A DNA stretch of 64,000 nucleotides, taken from the NCBI RefSeq assembly GCF_002105155.1, contig NW_019028980.1, positions 1,116,001 to 1,180,000 on the forward strand, read 5' to 3'. Under the pieces are notes generated by a model. It was not told the origin of the DNA. It made no database searches and saw only the letters and a program-made list of their open reading frames with translations. Made by a program: the position numbers and the translations under genes. This stretch comes from Lobosporangium transversale (lineage: Eukaryota). Below, piece after piece: positions 62,101-64,000 of the stretch. Each line of letters starts with the position of its first letter. The first letter of the stretch is position 1.

Positions 62101-62449
62101 ATGTCGCTGTTGATGTCGCTGTTGATGTCGCTGTTGCTGCCGCTGTTGCTGTCGCTGTTGATGTCGCTGTTACTGCCGCTGCTGTTGTCACTGGCGCTGT
62201 CGCTATTGCTGTCGCTGTAGTACTGGTTTTATTTCTACCATTGCCAGTCTCTGTAGTAGGCGGTTTTGGCTTTCTCTGTCGCTTCTTTGGAGTTTGTTGT
62301 GTGACAATTTCGTCCTGTCCCTGTCTGCGCGATGGCCGTTTTGAATTTCGGGCCACTCCATCCTCTTGTTGCTCATTTGTTACGACATTTAGTTGCTCTT
62401 GCTCTGAATTCCATGGGAATGCCCGCTTTCGCTGAGATTCAGTCTCCAT
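59121..62449 (-). CDS. Large nuclear protein with Zn(II)2Cys6-like cluster and C-terminal Rrn10-like (Pol I UAF) domain; exons 62449-59695, 59605-59121
   Basis: CTSC-x6-C-x6-CSQC-x31-C-SYP, Lys/Arg-rich coils, and DLPETSFLQALHFYTS...MFEAMDLTAHIALGMVIQE resembling the Rrn10 consensus as recalled. Confidence 0.65.
62011..62220. repeat. Coding 12-bp minisatellite (gctgttgctgcc/gctgttgatgtc) encoding ATAA/ATST runs
   Basis: Tandem units are directly visible; they explain the several spurious overlapping ORFs here. Confidence 0.95.
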
Positions 62450-62709
62450 TGTTAAGTGCACGATCCTTTAGCGCATGCAGAAATAAAAGAGAGAATGAAC
62501 AATTGAAAAAAGTGCCACCAAAAAAAAAAAGAAAAAGATAAATCATGAATAAGCCACGACTCAAACTTTGATTCGGTGGCTGATTCCTTTGGGTGCTGTG
62601 TTCGAAAAAAAAAAAAAAAAAAAAAAAAATCTTTATTATTGTAAATGAATGCTTGGGAGACAAAATGTGGGGTTATATGTATATAATTTGTATTTCTATT
62701 AATTTTTCT

Positions 62710-63789
62710 TTAGAGACGATAGATCTTTTCAGCTTCATCGGGTCTGACAACCTTGTCTACACTACCCTCAGCCAACATTCTATCCCACCAACTGAATAAA
62801 AAGTGTTCACAGATCAGCTTGAACCAAGGGGTGACAATGATACCGCTATCGGGAGTAACTCCCTTCTCCAAGAGAGCCTTGAGCTCAGCTTGGTTCACCC
62901 AACAGACATCACGGACTTCGTTAGGACTGGGGTTGATGTCGATAAAGTCCTTGTGTTGTGGTCTAATGAACAAGATGTAGTCGATCTCATGCTCTCCCCA
63001 GATATCGTTCGATGGAGCCAAGTAATGGATACGGGTCAAGAAGTGGAAGTCATCCAGTGGAACATCCTTGGCCTCGATACCAAGCTCGTGGAACAGCTTG
63101 CGTTGAGCTGCAGTACGGACACCCAAATTGTCCTTCTCAATCAATTCATCAGCAGTATTAAGAGGATGGGAGCAGCAAGTGTTGGTCCATGCATCGGGGA
63201 AGGTGATTTTTTCGCTGGCGCGCTGTTGCATCAAAAGTTTGGTACCATCAGCAGAGAAGAGGAACACCGAGAAGGCGCGGTGCAAGAGACCGTGATCCAT
63301 GATGTTGGTCATCAAGTGGCCTAGTAAAGAAGTTGGATGCAATAAACATAAACAAAAATAAGTATCGCATTCCACATACAGAATATACTTCATTGAGAGA
63401 AGTCTTCAAAAACCTAGTCGGTCAATCGTTCGTTTCCTTTTAAGAGGGAAAAAAAAAAAAAAAAAAAAAAAAAAGAAGCGCCCTGAACATGATAGCATGA
63501 TAAGAGTTGTTCCGGATTCTTATTTTCTTTTATATGCAATTCCCTTAAGGTTGCCAAGTGTTACTGAAACTTCAGTTGAATCAAGATAAGATTGGTATTA
63601 AATAAAAGAAAAACACATACAAGCTTTCTTGGTGTTGGCTCCAATGCGCTTGTCATCACGATCGAGGACAATGCACATTTCCTCCATGAGCTTAACTTGC
63701 TCGTCGTCGTAATTGGAAAGGTCGACATCGAGAGAAATGGTCGAATCAAGAGGAGCGGGGGTTGGTGCGGCAAATTTGGACTGACCCAT
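62710..63789 (-). CDS. IDI1: Isopentenyl-diphosphate delta-isomerase type 1; exons 63789-63621, 63320-62710 (possible longer N-terminus)
   Basis: [69 protein letters not shown]. Confidence 0.96.
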
Positions 63790-64000
63790 TTTGGAGGTTT
63801 TGAAAGTGGAGAAGTATTGGTGAGTAGAGAAGAGTGAAAAGGAGGGAAGAAGGGGAGAACGAGGAGTGTAAGAGAAAGAAGAAAGAAGTGAAGAATGCTG
63901 GTGTGAACTGCTATAAGAGAACAAGTTCCTTACGGAGCTGGCGCCAATCCACCGAATGCTTCGGGACTAAAGGAAAAGTGGGAAAAAAAAAATATCGTCA

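Overview
This is eukaryotic fungal DNA: GT-AG introns, AT-rich spacers and very many 20-35 nt A/T homopolymers. Gene content and lineage-type genes suggest an early-diverging fungus, probably Mortierellaceae (inference). About 19 intact genes were reconstructed by hand-splicing: mitochondrial bL35m, ZIP9/ATX2 transporter, PAM17, ALG13, a single-pass receptor-like protein, GH20 beta-hexosaminidase, NASP/Hif1 histone chaperone, a 6-exon PD-(D/E)xK nuclease-fold gene, a Cep57/Ppc89-like protein, CC2D1/Lgd, methionine synthase reductase, a Ser/Thr-rich membrane protein, a small secreted His/Cys/aromatic peptide precursor, PTC7, SUB2/UAP56, a small LIR-motif protein, AIM29/C2orf76, a Zn-cluster+Rrn10-like protein and IDI1. 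The most striking structure is a ~4.2 kb block (about 22.0-26.05 kb) carrying the intact nuclease-fold gene and a young 254-bp tandem duplication. It lies between two diverged direct copies of the NASP stop-codon/3'UTR region and is a candidate selfish or mobile nuclease locus. Other highlights: an snR69-like box C/D snoRNA in SUB2 intron 2, the His8 peptide precursor, two pseudogenised paralogues of the receptor-like family, introns with matched poly(U)/poly(A) arms, a 9-nt terminal coding exon supplying the MTRR FAD-shielding Trp, and a hidden mitochondrial-type extension on IDI1. All family assignments come from motif recognition and recalled sequences; no searches were run.
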